Source: a virus. Taken from it: 64,000 nucleotides of DNA. The notes under the pieces are model-generated. The model did not search any database, was not told the DNA's origin, and saw nothing but the letters and a program-made list of their open reading frames with translations. Position numbers and translations under genes: made by a program. Below are positions 1 through 15,169 of this stretch, piece after piece (the stretch's first letter is position 1; each line of letters opens with the position of its first letter). The stretch lies in the IMG/VR virus record IMGVR_UViG_3300021960_000048, positions 1 through 64,000 of that record. One strand, 5' to 3'.

Positions 1-899
1 AATTTTTCAAAGGAAACATCATCGGTTTCAGTAGGAATATGCGTAGGGTCGGAGTAGTCAATTAACGTAGCAGCGTTAGAAGAAACGATAACATTCCAAG
101 GTCGCACATCACCATGCTCTCCCAACAATTTTCTCACATCATCTAGTATCAAAAATGGAACGGGTTTCGTTCCTTGAAAGTATTTCCACGTATGTAGATT
201 GATACCCGGCAACCATTCTCGACGAGGCTCCTTACTATCCATGAACATGACTTCTTTACTGTCCCAGTCCGAAATAATCTTGAGACGCGGCTTCAAATGT
301 TTAGGACATCCAATATATCTTTGACCTAGACGAGTCCGAGATTGCTGCGACAAAAAGATAGGTCGTACTCCGCCATCAAGATGTGACTTCCCTTCACCGA
401 GGCGTTCCCAGTGTTCTCCTATCTCCCAAGACTGTACGAGCCTCTGTCCACACGCATTTGTCTCAGTAGGCATCTCAAAGATGACGTTATCTCCTAGGTT
501 CTCGATGAGCCGACACGTTCTATTCACATCTCCATTGATGTGATGAACAACCGACATTGCTAGAACCAAATCAAAATGCTCGACATCACCAAGTAGTGCC
601 AAGTCTCCTTGGGTCAAACTTTTTGTTAGAACAATTCCTTGTCCGTTGATACCAGACAACTCTGTTAACTGACGTGCGTACGTAGAATGACCTTCAACCA
701 TAACGGCATGACAGTTCTCGAAATCTTCCATAAGTCTGAAAGAAAAATATCCAAGATTAGCACCGATGTCTAAAACTGTAAATGGTCGATTGAATTGTTT
801 GGCTATCGACTTAATTATTTCATATCTATCGGCACACTCACGTACGCCAACACCATCTGCTTTGCCTCTCACCCAACGGGTCTGATACTGTTCCACCAT
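1..899 (-). CDS. WbdD-like SAM methyltransferase fused to a kinase-like domain (3'-partial, runs off the window start)
   Basis: Not in the ORF track. My translation from ATG 899 gives MVEQYQTRW...FTVLDIGANLGYFSF (class I SAM motif I) and, in the same frame near 50-120, HGDVRPWNVIV...LIDY (kinase catalytic loop and DFG-equivalent, resembling the HDDVRPWN...LIDF motif I recall for WbdD). Confidence 0.75.
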   Translation of the reverse strand, partial: MVEQYQTRWVRGKADGVGVRECADRYEIIKSIAKQFNRPFTVLDIGANLGYFSFRLMEDFENCHAVMVEGHSTYARQLTELSGINGQGIVLTKSLTQGDLALLGDVEHFDLVLAMSVVHHINGDVNRTCRLIENLGDNVIFEMPTETNACGQRLVQSWEIGEHWERLGEGKSHLDGGVRPIFLSQQSRTRLGQRYIGCPKHLKPRLKIISDWDSKEVMFMDSKEPRREWLPGINLHTWKYFQGTKPVPFLILDDVRKLLGEHGDVRPWNVIVSSNAATLIDYSDPTHIPTETDDVSFEK

Positions 900-900
900 C

Positions 901-1068
901 TTATCTCAATATGGCGAGGCACTCGATACACTTGTAAATTGTGCGGCCAAAGAATCGTCTTGTCTTTACTTCTTTGAGTTCAACATCCCGCTCACACCAC
1001 TCGCAATAATTGTGACCAGACTTCTCAATTGCTGCATCAATATCAGAATCATTATCATAACGCTTCAT
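901..1068 (-). CDS. Small Zn-ribbon protein (55 aa)
   Basis: My translation: MKRYDNDSDID...YCEWCERD...YKCIECLAILR with two CxxC pairs; GAGGTGA and a TTAAACC box 29 nt upstream. Confidence 0.65.
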   Translation of the reverse strand: MKRYDNDSDIDAAIEKSGHNYCEWCERDVELKEVKTRRFFGRTIYKCIECLAILR

Positions 1069-1111
1069 CGTCTTTCTCACCTCTTAATGTGGTTTAAGGT
1101 CATTGGGTAAT

Positions 1112-1125
1112 GAGCCAAAAGGCTC
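1112..1125 (-). terminator. Short hairpin after the 1131 ORF (putative terminator or stability hairpin)
   Basis: GAGCC-AAAA-GGCTC inverted repeat just downstream of the stop at 1131. Confidence 0.3.
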
Positions 1126-1130
1126 GGTTT

Positions 1131-1304
1131 CTAGTTAATTACTTGAAAGATAGTTCCAGACTTCATATGTATGTCTGCACCATTTTCATGATAGACAACT
1201 GCTGCTATTTCCGTTTTCAAGATTCTAGCATTACCAGTTTTCACATTCACGTCGAAGATATTGTCGTCTTTCTGAGAACCGAATATTTTCTTGTATTTTG
1301 TCAT
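1131..1304 (-). CDS. Hypothetical protein (MTKYKKIF...)
   Basis: GGTGGTGA SD-like sequence before ATG 1304; the longer track ORF overlaps the upstream gene. Confidence 0.55.
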   Translation of the reverse strand: MTKYKKIFGSQKDDNIFDVNVKTGNARILKTEIAAVVYHENGADIHMKSGTIFQVIN

Positions 1305-1305
1305 T

Positions 1306-1605
1306 TCACTCACCACCACTGAAACCGAATAGACAGTCCATTTTTGCATACGGTAAAGACTCACCATGACATTCGTCGCAGTCTCCGTCGTATGCTGTTG
1401 GCTCGATTTCTTCACCATAGTTGTAAGGTTCGTCCTCAAGACATAGACAGACGGAACAAATGTTCATTGCGTCCTCTTCTGGAATAACACAATGATACAT
1501 GGCTGTCATAGATGATGGTTTAATTTTCCACTTCTCAGCCATTACTGCGTTTCCTTGCTTTAGTCTCTTTACTCGCTCACTCGCTTCTGCACTTGTTCTA
1601 CTCAT
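1306..1605 (-). CDS. Cys-rich hypothetical protein (probable Zn finger)
   Basis: CSVC...CDEC; the start ATG overlaps (ATGA) the stop of a 19-aa basic ORF at 1602-1661. Confidence 0.55.
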   Translation of the reverse strand: MSRTSAEASERVKRLKQGNAVMAEKWKIKPSSMTAMYHCVIPEEDAMNICSVCLCLEDEPYNYGEEIEPTAYDGDCDECHGESLPYAKMDCLFGFSGGE

Positions 1606-1661
1606 TTTCTTTGTCTCCTTTTGTACGCTGCTTTCCGTTTGAAGTATTCTTCCCACGTCAT

Positions 1662-1707
1662 GCTGATTTCTCCGAAAGCCCTGTCATATATAAGGTAGTC
1701 GTTATAT
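1662..1707 (-). promoter_or_regulatory. Class-1 (cassette-type) promoter, divergent copy
   Basis: ATATAA-GGTAGTCG-TTATAT inverted repeat (1688-1707); TTATATA on the minus strand 32 nt before ATG 1661. Confidence 0.55.
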
Positions 1708-1713
1708 GCCTTC

Positions 1714-2307
1714 TCATCCCCACTGTTCAGCCATTGCATCTGCAATTCCTTGAAAGGTAGTGCTTCTTATTTTCCATCTGTCTGGGCTTGGTGGTAAATA
1801 GTGAAGCCTTTGACGGACGTTCTTAGGTAGAGCCATAGTTTCGTCTTTCAAATCCGTAGTCGGCTCTAACTTCGGTAAGCCCTGCAACCAAAGACAAGTA
1901 GCCTTCGTTTCTTTATGACCGAATTGATACGGTTGAATTATTTGTGTATATTTACGTCCACCGATTCTTGAGACTGCATACTTGTGAGGGATAGGATTCT
2001 CGATACACTTCATCGGTATATCGCAATCAAGTAGTAGATTGAAGAATGCTGCTGCGTCATCGAGTTTATCCCATCTTGTAGGGTCTTTATGTAGCCAAGA
2101 GACTCCACTGTTCGTAAAGTACGTACAAGGTGGATGTGCGACCATTAAATCCCATCCATCATCAAGAATATCAGTTACGTCGCCTTGAATATGATATGGA
2201 GAGTCGTCATCGGACTCAAGAAGGTCGCAAGACCACGCATTATGTCCTTTAGCACGAAAAGCCTCTCTAACTCGACCGGAATACTCGCAAGCGACCAAAA
2301 CTTTCAT
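1714..2307 (-). CDS. C5 cytosine DNA methyltransferase (short phage type)
   Basis: VLVACEYSG (variant motif I), AHPPCT (catalytic motif IV), IENP (motif VI). Confidence 0.85.
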   Translation of the reverse strand: MKVLVACEYSGRVREAFRAKGHNAWSCDLLESDDDSPYHIQGDVTDILDDGWDLMVAHPPCTYFTNSGVSWLHKDPTRWDKLDDAAAFFNLLLDCDIPMKCIENPIPHKYAVSRIGGRKYTQIIQPYQFGHKETKATCLWLQGLPKLEPTTDLKDETMALPKNVRQRLHYLPPSPDRWKIRSTTFQGIADAMAEQWG

Positions 2308-2311
2308 TTTT

Positions 2312-2806
2312 TCACTCTTCTTCTCGGCTTACCACTTTTGCGTTGTCCCAATCAATGATTGCTTGTTTAGAAGCAAGTTGTTGACGCTCCGCAAACAACG
2401 AACCAAGGAATACATCATTGAAATGGTCAATTCCATTAAACATCTCCATTGGACGGTCGGTAGCGATAGTATTGAGACAATTTGTAATAACTTCTTCATC
2501 TATCGGACCAAGTAATCGCATTAACATCTGAAATTGTCGATTTGTGTTGCCTATGACTTGAATCATTGCTGAATACGCATACGGGTACTCCTTGAAGTCT
2601 CTCAAAAGGTGTTTTTCGTATTGGTCGAGAGTTCCGAGAAGGACGTGGAGCGCGTCAATGTGCGCTTTGACATAATTATCGGCTTTTAGAGCGTCATCAC
2701 GTTGCATTGCCTTCAATCTAGTCTCAAAAGCACTTCTAGCAATGAAATCTTGTTGTGCTTGTTCCCAGTTTGTGTATAACATAGTCATTTCAACGGTTTC
2801 TTCCAT
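2312..2806 (-). CDS. Hypothetical helical protein
   Basis: ORF; start placed at MEETVEM, 29 nt after a TTAATATAGGTGTG box. Confidence 0.6.
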   Translation of the reverse strand: MEETVEMTMLYTNWEQAQQDFIARSAFETRLKAMQRDDALKADNYVKAHIDALHVLLGTLDQYEKHLLRDFKEYPYAYSAMIQVIGNTNRQFQMLMRLLGPIDEEVITNCLNTIATDRPMEMFNGIDHFNDVFLGSLFAERQQLASKQAIIDWDNAKVVSREEE

Positions 2807-2935
2807 ATTTATTCGTCTCATCACACCTATATTAACTACTATCGCTCATAAACCACATTCGGGCGGATGTACGATGCTGTCTGCGGGCTTTGAACCTATG
2901 GAAATGCTTACTAACAACTATACAACGTGAGAAAC

Positions 2936-3157
2936 ATGGCTCAACGTCGCCAACGCATGATGGACCAAGTAAAATCATGTATGCCGCAAGGCCGTTGGAT
3001 GACTTCTCATGAAGTGTTATATTATTTTGGACAAAAATATCCAAAGTATGCTCCAAACAGTCGAGAAATGAGTCAAGTTCTTCAAAGAATGCCGGAAGTT
3101 GATACAAGACAAGTTGGTTATCACGGTGGGAAAGAGTTCCGTCTCAAAAATCGGTAG
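2936..3157 (+). CDS. Winged helix-turn-helix DNA-binding protein (putative regulator)
   Basis: WMTSHEV...PNSREMSQVL...beta wing pattern; one of very few plus-strand genes; TTACTAA box about 29 nt upstream. Confidence 0.6.
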   Translation: MAQRRQRMMDQVKSCMPQGRWMTSHEVLYYFGQKYPKYAPNSREMSQVLQRMPEVDTRQVGYHGGKEFRLKNR

Positions 3158-3686
3158 CGTAACCAAACTTTTTGAAATCCTCAGCATAGTAGGCTCTAAC
3201 TTTCTCCTTAGTTTCATTGTTGTAGTAACTTTCCCAATCTGTGATGCTCCGCAACAAATTAATTTCTTCATTATTGGTAAAATCCAAAGAATAAAAGTCA
3301 TCTTCAAAGGTTTCAAAGTGAATAAAAATGTATGTCCCGTCATCAATGTAATGAGTAAGTGGTTCTAGTATATCGTTGCGGCCAACTACGAAGTCAACAA
3401 ACTCTTCAAACGTCTCTTTGTTGTATTCATGGTCGGGTTGCCAATGGTTTTGGATTAATTGATAGAAAGAAACGAGCCGGGTAAACGGATTTCTCACTGC
3501 TAGTATTCTATGGAAGTCCTTAGCATGGTCGGGAACGATTCTGGAATGACTCATTCGCTTCGGTTCACCACCACCACCGCCGAGAAAACCATACGGCTGT
3601 AAAATAGTGAAAAGATAACGCCCACCAGTTCTAGGTGGGGTCATCAAAACGTATTCTTCATTATATGATGCTGTACCTTCGTACAT
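3144..3686 (-). CDS. Sulfotransferase (Sulfotransfer_2 family)
   Basis: PPRTGG (5'-PSB loop), VRNPFTRLVSFY (3'-PB motif), C-terminal YY...YYAEDFKKFGY. Confidence 0.85.
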   Translation of the reverse strand: MYEGTASYNEEYVLMTPPRTGGRYLFTILQPYGFLGGGGGEPKRMSHSRIVPDHAKDFHRILAVRNPFTRLVSFYQLIQNHWQPDHEYNKETFEEFVDFVVGRNDILEPLTHYIDDGTYIFIHFETFEDDFYSLDFTNNEEINLLRSITDWESYYNNETKEKVRAYYAEDFKKFGYATDF

Positions 3687-3701
3687 ATTTACTACCTTTG
3701 T

Positions 3702-4394
3702 TTAAGCATAGTCGCCGGAAACATTCATCATTCTCGAATTATCGGCGAAAATGAATGTCATTAATCCATTTCTTGTGTCAAGTTCTATCGAATCAAGTGT
3801 TGTGTTGATTCTTCCACCATCTCCCGTTACGGTAATGCTTGCGCCACCGCCGCCACTACCTGCTGGACCAGTAGGGCCAGTCGGACCAGTAGCACCAGTA
3901 GCACCTTGAGCGCCAGTAGCACCTTGAGGACCGGGTGGACCTGTTGCTCCGTTACTTCCGGCAGGGCCAGTAGGACCTGTAGGACCAGTCGGACCTGTAG
4001 CACCGGGTGGACCTGCACTTCCGGTTGAACCTGCACTTCCGGCAGGGCCAGTCGGACCAGTCGGACCTGTAGCCCCAGTAGGGCCAGTAGGCCCAGTAGG
4101 CCCTGTAGGACCTGCTGCTGCTCTTGATACACCTTGTTCCTCTTCTAACTCTCCATAGTCGAACCAAGATGGAACAGATGGGAATACACCATCATCATGA
4201 AAAGTCGATTTAGTAGTAATAGAAGATAAGTTCTTCATCGCAGTTCTAAATGTGTCAAGTTCGGCCTTCTCTGAATCGGTTAAAGTATCATAATAGTTCT
4301 CACCGTATGCGTTTTGTATTCTTTTCAACCATTCTCTTTGGGTTGCTTTCATTCTTTTTTCTGCTACTTCTTCACTTTCAAAACTTCTAGTCAT
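3702..4394 (-). CDS. Collagen-like protein with an N-terminal tail-fibre-assembly-chaperone-like domain
   Basis: About 28 Gly-X-Y triplets; N-terminal [22 protein letters not shown]...FPSVPSWF resembles phage fibre chaperones; GGAGTGA SD before ATG 4394. Confidence 0.7.
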   Translation of the reverse strand: MTRSFESEEVAEKRMKATQREWLKRIQNAYGENYYDTLTDSEKAELDTFRTAMKNLSSITTKSTFHDDGVFPSVPSWFDYGELEEEQGVSRAAAGPTGPTGPTGPTGATGPTGPTGPAGSAGSTGSAGPPGATGPTGPTGPTGPAGSNGATGPPGPQGATGAQGATGATGPTGPTGPAGSGGGGASITVTGDGGRINTTLDSIELDTRNGLMTFIFADNSRMMNVSGDYA

Positions 4395-4399
4395 TTTTA

Positions 4400-10363
<5,964 letters not shown>

Positions 10364-10379
<16 letters not shown>

Positions 10380-10696
10380 ACGTCGAAGGATGCCCCTCTT
10401 TCGTGGTCATTGAACCGGATAAAGGGTTTATCCTCGTTTCTATTAGATAACTTTTTTCCACCTAGCATTGAAATCAAGAACTCACGCGCTGCTTCTTCGC
10501 TTCCTGTCCTATCCGGCATAACGTATTCTTCTCCGTCGTGATACACTATCCACATGCCATCATCTCTTTTCTTAAGATGAATTGCACTATGTTGACCAGA
10601 GATTGCGGAGTACGTGAATGCCAACATTTCAGTACGATTATTCGTACTTGTTTGAGACCAAGTTAAGACCATTCTTCTGTCCACCCGTCGTCCCAT
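10364..10696 (-). CDS. Hypothetical protein
   Basis: ORF overlapping both neighbours; the true start may be MVLTW at 10672. Confidence 0.55.
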
Positions 10697-10995
10697 TTGA
10701 CCCAGTTGTGGTCAATGTCTGCTTTCTTCATTTTAGGCTTGAATGGAATATCATTTTCGTCGGGTGAAATGAAATGTGTTCTTAGGACTTCTACCATATG
10801 TAATGGATTGTAGTCGCAACCGTTACCGACTTGAATACTGCCTCGACCCGCATAACCTGTGAAAACGAATGTCCACGTGCCATCCGACTTACATACAACG
10901 GTAGCAACATGGTCTCCATTCTCATCAATGCCGAGTAGTTCCATACCGAACGACCCGCTAGTCGTCCAAGTTAATTTCTCGGATTGTGGTATCAT
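10663..10995 (-). CDS. Hypothetical protein
   Basis: 110-aa ORF, co-oriented and tightly packed. Confidence 0.6.
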   Translation of the reverse strand: MIPQSEKLTWTTSGSFGMELLGIDENGDHVATVVCKSDGTWTFVFTGYAGRGSIQVGNGCDYNPLHMVEVLRTHFISPDENDIPFKPKMKKADIDHNWVKWDDGWTEEWS

Positions 10996-11034
10996 GTCTA
11001 TGTTCGAGTCCCCCGACGTGGTTCATTACTGTGT

Positions 11035-11232
11035 TTATGCTTTCATTACTGGGCTTCTAGTTTCCCAACTTTCTTCAATAACACGTACCACATTGACGGA
11101 AACGGGGTTCGTCTTTCTTTCAGCAGTTATTTCATATGCTTGTTTCAAGGCTACACCAACATTATTGGCGTTGACTTCTAACTGCTCCACGCCTTCTTTA
11201 CCAAAGTCAACTGAGACTCGGAATTGAGGCAT
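11035..11232 (-). CDS. Small hypothetical protein
   Basis: 65 aa; TTAAATAGGTGTGGGG box 29 nt upstream. Confidence 0.65.
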   Translation of the reverse strand: MPQFRVSVDFGKEGVEQLEVNANNVGVALKQAYEITAERKTNPVSVNVVRVIEESWETRSPVMKA

Positions 11233-11257
11233 GATAAACCCTTATCCCCACACCTAT

Positions 11258-12091
11258 TTAATCATGTAAGATACGATGAATCTTCTCGGCTGTTTTCTTG
11301 CCTATTCCATCTATTGCCATTATCTCTTCAACAGTAGCATTTGCTAGACTGGCGAAGTTCGGAAATGTCTCAACTATTCTACGTCGCGTCTTAGTTCCAA
11401 TCTTAGGTAATGATTCAATCATGGCGTTTCTATAATCACTCGGCTTCGCACCTTTTGGTCTCGGAACGTAAACTCTAGGGTCGTCATCTTCAATCTTATC
11501 GACCAGTCTCTTGATGAGTTCGGCAGCGTCATGCTTGTCGGGGATGAATAGAGGGGGGTAGCCAACTGCACATAGAGAAGCAATATATCCGAGAAGAATA
11601 CGTTCGTTTACATCTCTACTCATAACGTCCATTTTAATATCTTCATATGACTTAGTTACTACAAGATAAGAAAACTCGGCCTCTTCTCTCATAGCCCCAA
11701 GTTGTCTCAATCTCCTGTCGTCGAAAAGTGAGGGTAGGAAATCATCTTCTTTTCTTTCAACGGACACGCTTCGAGTCGAAATATCCCCCGACCCAGTGTT
11801 GAGATGAACGATTTCAAATCCAAGATTGTTAAGATATTCAGCGATAACCCAATGTTCTCTATGGTCTACCTTTTGCTGTCTATCTAGCATCTCATTGATA
11901 ATAGCCCTACCGAGCCACTCACACCGTTCTTCTATCGAGTCGGGTATTTCCCCCACTTCGACGCTACCGCCGCTTAGAAGGCGCAGCAAGGCAAGTTTTC
12001 GGCCTAATCCACCACTACTCGCCGCCTCTGCAAAAGCAAGGGGGTCATCTAATATTTCTTGAGGCTTGAATGTCTTGTTTGCGGGGGTCAT
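11258..12091 (-). CDS. ERCC4/XPF-type structure-specific nuclease with HhH domain
   Basis: GDI...VERKEDD (GDx...ERK..D) and C-terminal LPKIG...IDGIGKKTA HhH2. Confidence 0.9.
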   Translation of the reverse strand: MTPANKTFKPQEILDDPLAFAEAASSGGLGRKLALLRLLSGGSVEVGEIPDSIEERCEWLGRAIINEMLDRQQKVDHREHWVIAEYLNNLGFEIVHLNTGSGDISTRSVSVERKEDDFLPSLFDDRRLRQLGAMREEAEFSYLVVTKSYEDIKMDVMSRDVNERILLGYIASLCAVGYPPLFIPDKHDAAELIKRLVDKIEDDDPRVYVPRPKGAKPSDYRNAMIESLPKIGTKTRRRIVETFPNFASLANATVEEIMAIDGIGKKTAEKIHRILHD

Positions 12092-13251
12092 ACTTTCTTA
12101 CTCCATTTACGTCTAATCTTCTTTTTCTTAGGGAAGGCTTTGATATATTTAGGACATGCGTCGCCAATACAACAACGGTCTCTTTTCAGAGTTGAACAAT
12201 TGGCGTTGGTGTGGTATCTATCATTATGGAATATCGAAGTGAGTTGATGTCTGCGATAATCATGATTCTCAACATCAACGTAGCCCCTTTCATTCGCTAG
12301 TTCAACCCAGAGAGCATCGAACGTCTCCAAATCCATTCCAAGAGACTTTGCGAACATTGCCGTGTGGACTCTTGCCTTGTGATATGGATTCATTGTTCTC
12401 AACTCATTTATAACGCCGGGACATCTAACTTCTAGTGATGCAAGAAACTGTCCTAGTGATGTTTCAACATTGACATTGATTTGACTTGAGTTAACAGGTC
12501 GTAGTTCAACATCCTCTTTGTTTATTCTCACGTCTATGTATGTAATAAGTTCCTTCAAGTTCATTGTCTTATTTCCAATGATGTAGTTGCCGACATTTTT
12601 TGGACGGTAAGAATGTTTCACAATATTATCATGTCCATTGTAAAGCATCTCCTTTGTTACTGGCATTGAATGTCGCCCAGAAAGTTCTCCATGTCGATTC
12701 ACATGTTTAGTAAATGGAAATCTACACAACCGCTTTGGGTCGCCAGTCGTCTGAACATCAAGTGTATTCAATCCAAGTAAAACTTTCAAATGTGTCTGAG
12801 TTGTATTAACGATTTTACGTAGCGCGTCTGCTGAACCATCAGTGTGTTTGTACTTGAACAAAGTCGGCCTGTGCATGATGAATAAATGATAACCTTTTGA
12901 GCCGGAGTATTGAACCCAATGAGCAATGTCGTTTTCTTCTAGGTACTGAGATAACTTAACCGCATCAGCGTAAGCATTCTCCGGTTTACTATCATGGTCA
13001 AAGTCAAAGAATGTCAGACGGTATTGTATCTGCGTAGGCAGTTGTTTACCACCACCATCATACCCCAAGCCGTCATAACCCTGCGTACTGATAAAGCACG
13101 AATTAGAACCGTTCCATTCAACAAAAGAAGCATAAGCATCTTCGGGTGTGAAGATGAAATGTTGTCTCGGATTTCCAACTGCACGTGGATAATGTGTGAA
13201 GCCTAATTGTTCACACAAATCTTCAAACTGTTGGAAGTCAAGTCTCATCAA
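12088..13251 (-). CDS. Archaeo-eukaryotic primase, fused PriS + PriL(Fe-S)-like domain
   Basis: FDFD (motif I), YSGSKGYH (motif II), D...RLCRFP (motif III); C-terminal CPG...NCSTL...CC...CP Cys cluster. Confidence 0.85.
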   Translation of the reverse strand: MMRLDFQQFEDLCEQLGFTHYPRAVGNPRQHFIFTPEDAYASFVEWNGSNSCFISTQGYDGLGYDGGGKQLPTQIQYRLTFFDFDHDSKPENAYADAVKLSQYLEENDIAHWVQYSGSKGYHLFIMHRPTLFKYKHTDGSADALRKIVNTTQTHLKVLLGLNTLDVQTTGDPKRLCRFPFTKHVNRHGELSGRHSMPVTKEMLYNGHDNIVKHSYRPKNVGNYIIGNKTMNLKELITYIDVRINKEDVELRPVNSSQINVNVETSLGQFLASLEVRCPGVINELRTMNPYHKARVHTAMFAKSLGMDLETFDALWVELANERGYVDVENHDYRRHQLTSIFHNDRYHTNANCSTLKRDRCCIGDACPKYIKAFPKKKKIRRKWSKKV

Positions 13252-13457
13252 TTCCCGTCCAATAAATTAGTAAATGTATCTGAAAGGTTTTGTAATTCTT
13301 TCTTGATTCTCTGTTCATAGGCTAGGTCTACTTGTTGTTCTGTTATACCCATAGCAGCCTTCAACATATCAACTACAACTAAAAGTCGTAGACTCTCTGT
13401 ATCATCTTCCGTAAATCCAAGCATTTTTTCTATTTTTTGTATCGCATCTTCTTTCAT
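13248..13457 (-). CDS. Hypothetical protein
   Basis: 69 aa with ATGA overlaps on both sides. Confidence 0.65.
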   Translation of the reverse strand: MKEDAIQKIEKMLGFTEDDTESLRLLVVVDMLKAAMGITEQQVDLAYEQRIKKELQNLSDTFTNLLDGN

Positions 13458-14281
13458 TCTTTCACCGCTTCTGTTGCTAAAACTGATGTAAACTCTCCAT
13501 CAGTGGAGTCAATAATAACGAATGCTCCGTCTCTATGTTTAGAGATACGGACTTCGGTTGTATCTGTTGAAAACTTACGAATAATAGTATCAAGGTTTTC
13601 ACTGAATCTGATAGTCCAAGATGTAGGCTCAATGACTGATTCGTATTCTACGTCAGACCATGAGCGTGTCGTCTTAGAAGTCCAATGACCCGCCATACAT
13701 CTACCTTCACCTCGATTCTTTTCGTTCAAGAATAATTCAACATACGGCGCTTTCGCTACCTTCATATCTTTCAGACAATTCTTGAGTTGAGCCATAGACA
13801 TTTCAATAACATAGTCAGCAGGTTCATTTCTAAACATTGGGAATGTTCTCACTCCATCCACGATAGGCAAAACCCAACGGTCGGGTATTGTCAGACATTC
13901 ATCTTCGTCAGCACAATTGATTTCTGCTCCTGTGGTTTCTCCTTGTATGCGAATCATACTATGAGTGTCCGTAGTAATACGAACAGTTTCAGCCCTCGGA
14001 AACTTTAGTTTGAGAAGGTTCGAGAGTTCCTTTGGATTAACCAAAAGCACACAAGGCTCTGCCAGTGATGCAACGACACCCCATCGGTCAATGAATACTT
14101 GAAGTGTTCTTGTTTGATTAGTAGTCCAAATAGAAGCACCATCATTGTCGAATAAAATACGTACTGGGGTAGGCGGGTCATCCACTGTACCTGCATCGAG
14201 GAAACGTGTAAGGTGGCTAGTGGCGGCTGTTATGTCCACCAATCGAGATACGGCAGTGTTAGGTGTGTTCTCTCTAGCCAT
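13454..14281 (-). CDS. Putative sliding clamp (PCNA-like)
   Basis: About 275 aa with an alternating beta/alpha two-domain pattern, in a replication context; start MARENT is 29 nt after TTATATTGGTGGGG. The fold is inferred. Confidence 0.45.
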   Translation of the reverse strand: MARENTPNTAVSRLVDITAATSHLTRFLDAGTVDDPPTPVRILFDNDGASIWTTNQTRTLQVFIDRWGVVASLAEPCVLLVNPKELSNLLKLKFPRAETVRITTDTHSMIRIQGETTGAEINCADEDECLTIPDRWVLPIVDGVRTFPMFRNEPADYVIEMSMAQLKNCLKDMKVAKAPYVELFLNEKNRGEGRCMAGHWTSKTTRSWSDVEYESVIEPTSWTIRFSENLDTIIRKFSTDTTEVRISKHRDGAFVIIDSTDGEFTSVLATEAVKE

Positions 14282-14335
14282 AGCCTTAACGTGCTTCCCC
14301 ACCAATATAAACGGACTTGTGTTATTGCCCGCCTA

Positions 14336-14524
14336 CTATTTGACCGAGTTGTGTTCAGGTAGCCAGTCTACCCACATAAGATACTCATTGACTGCCTTAC
14401 AATATTCGCAGTCGTCGTCTAGTTCAGAGATAGAATGACCGCATGGTCCTGTCCAATGATTGTCGATTTCCCATGCGGCCAAACCGTCTTCCAAGAGCCG
14501 AAGTCGAGGGTCGAATGCACTCAT
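14336..14524 (-). CDS. Small Cys/His-rich orphan (second gene of cassette)
   Basis: PCGH...CEYC; ATGA overlap with 14521-14793. Confidence 0.6.
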   Translation of the reverse strand: MSAFDPRLRLLEDGLAAWEIDNHWTGPCGHSISELDDDCEYCKAVNEYLMWVDWLPEHNSVK

Positions 14525-14793
14525 GCGTACACCCTCTCTAATACAGGAGCGACAACCCTGTCAGAAACTCCGTCAACCCTCTCAACGTAAGCCACCATTA
14601 ACTCGTCCATGTTGGTTATGCGAGTAGAATACCAAGCACCGACCTCAGCGTCCCAACGGTGGGTAGCACCGTTGAAAGCAGATACGGTAACGTCTACGGT
14701 CATAGACTCCATTCCGCGACTGTAGTTAACAGTCATTCCCTCTGGCATAGCGTCCCACATTTGTTGAGTCATTTGTTGTTCTTGGCAGTTCAT
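14521..14793 (-). CDS. Cassette orphan protein
   Basis: 90 aa directly behind a class-1 promoter. Confidence 0.75.
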   Translation of the reverse strand: MNCQEQQMTQQMWDAMPEGMTVNYSRGMESMTVDVTVSAFNGATHRWDAEVGAWYSTRITNMDELMVAYVERVDGVSDRVVAPVLERVYA

Positions 14794-14836
14794 GTTCTAA
14801 CGGAGCGGGTGGGGGTATATAACCTTTTAGTTATAG
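14794..14836 (-). promoter_or_regulatory. Class-1 cassette promoter
   Basis: Minus strand CTATAAC-TAAAAG-GTTATATACCCCCACCCGCTCCGTTAGAAC-ATG. Confidence 0.8.
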
Positions 14837-15169
14837 GTCATACGCTTCCGGTAAAGCGAGCCAAGTTTTTTGCGGATATTTGGACCTGCCATCTACGCTG
14901 GAAATCTTTTCAGAACCTACGCATATGAATAGGTGAGGTTTCTTTGCTAGATGATTTGACAAACGATTCATCTCGAATGGTTGATTATCAAGTGCGGCAA
15001 TTTGACCTGTTGTCAAGGCTATGCCATCGGGATGAGTTGCACCCGCTTTCATCATAGCATTCCAAAGACGTTTCACATTACGACCGTCAGACTTGCCTAG
15101 CCGACCTTTTCGGCGTTGACCGTATTTACTGCTAGGCACGTATTTGTCGTCTTGTGGTTTATCATTCAT
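14831..15169 (-). CDS. Basic wHTH-like protein
   Basis: LTTGQIA...MNRLSNHLAK...F...W pattern; Lys/Arg rich. Confidence 0.55.
   Translation of the reverse strand: MNDKPQDDKYVPSSKYGQRRKGRLGKSDGRNVKRLWNAMMKAGATHPDGIALTTGQIAALDNQPFEMNRLSNHLAKKPHLFICVGSEKISSVDGRSKYPQKTWLALPEAYDL

Noticed and set aside
11035-11232. Ubiquitin-like (SAMP/MoaD) or ribosomal LX-like identity
   Set aside because: No C-terminal GG, and the resemblance is only a generic beta-beta-alpha-beta pattern.
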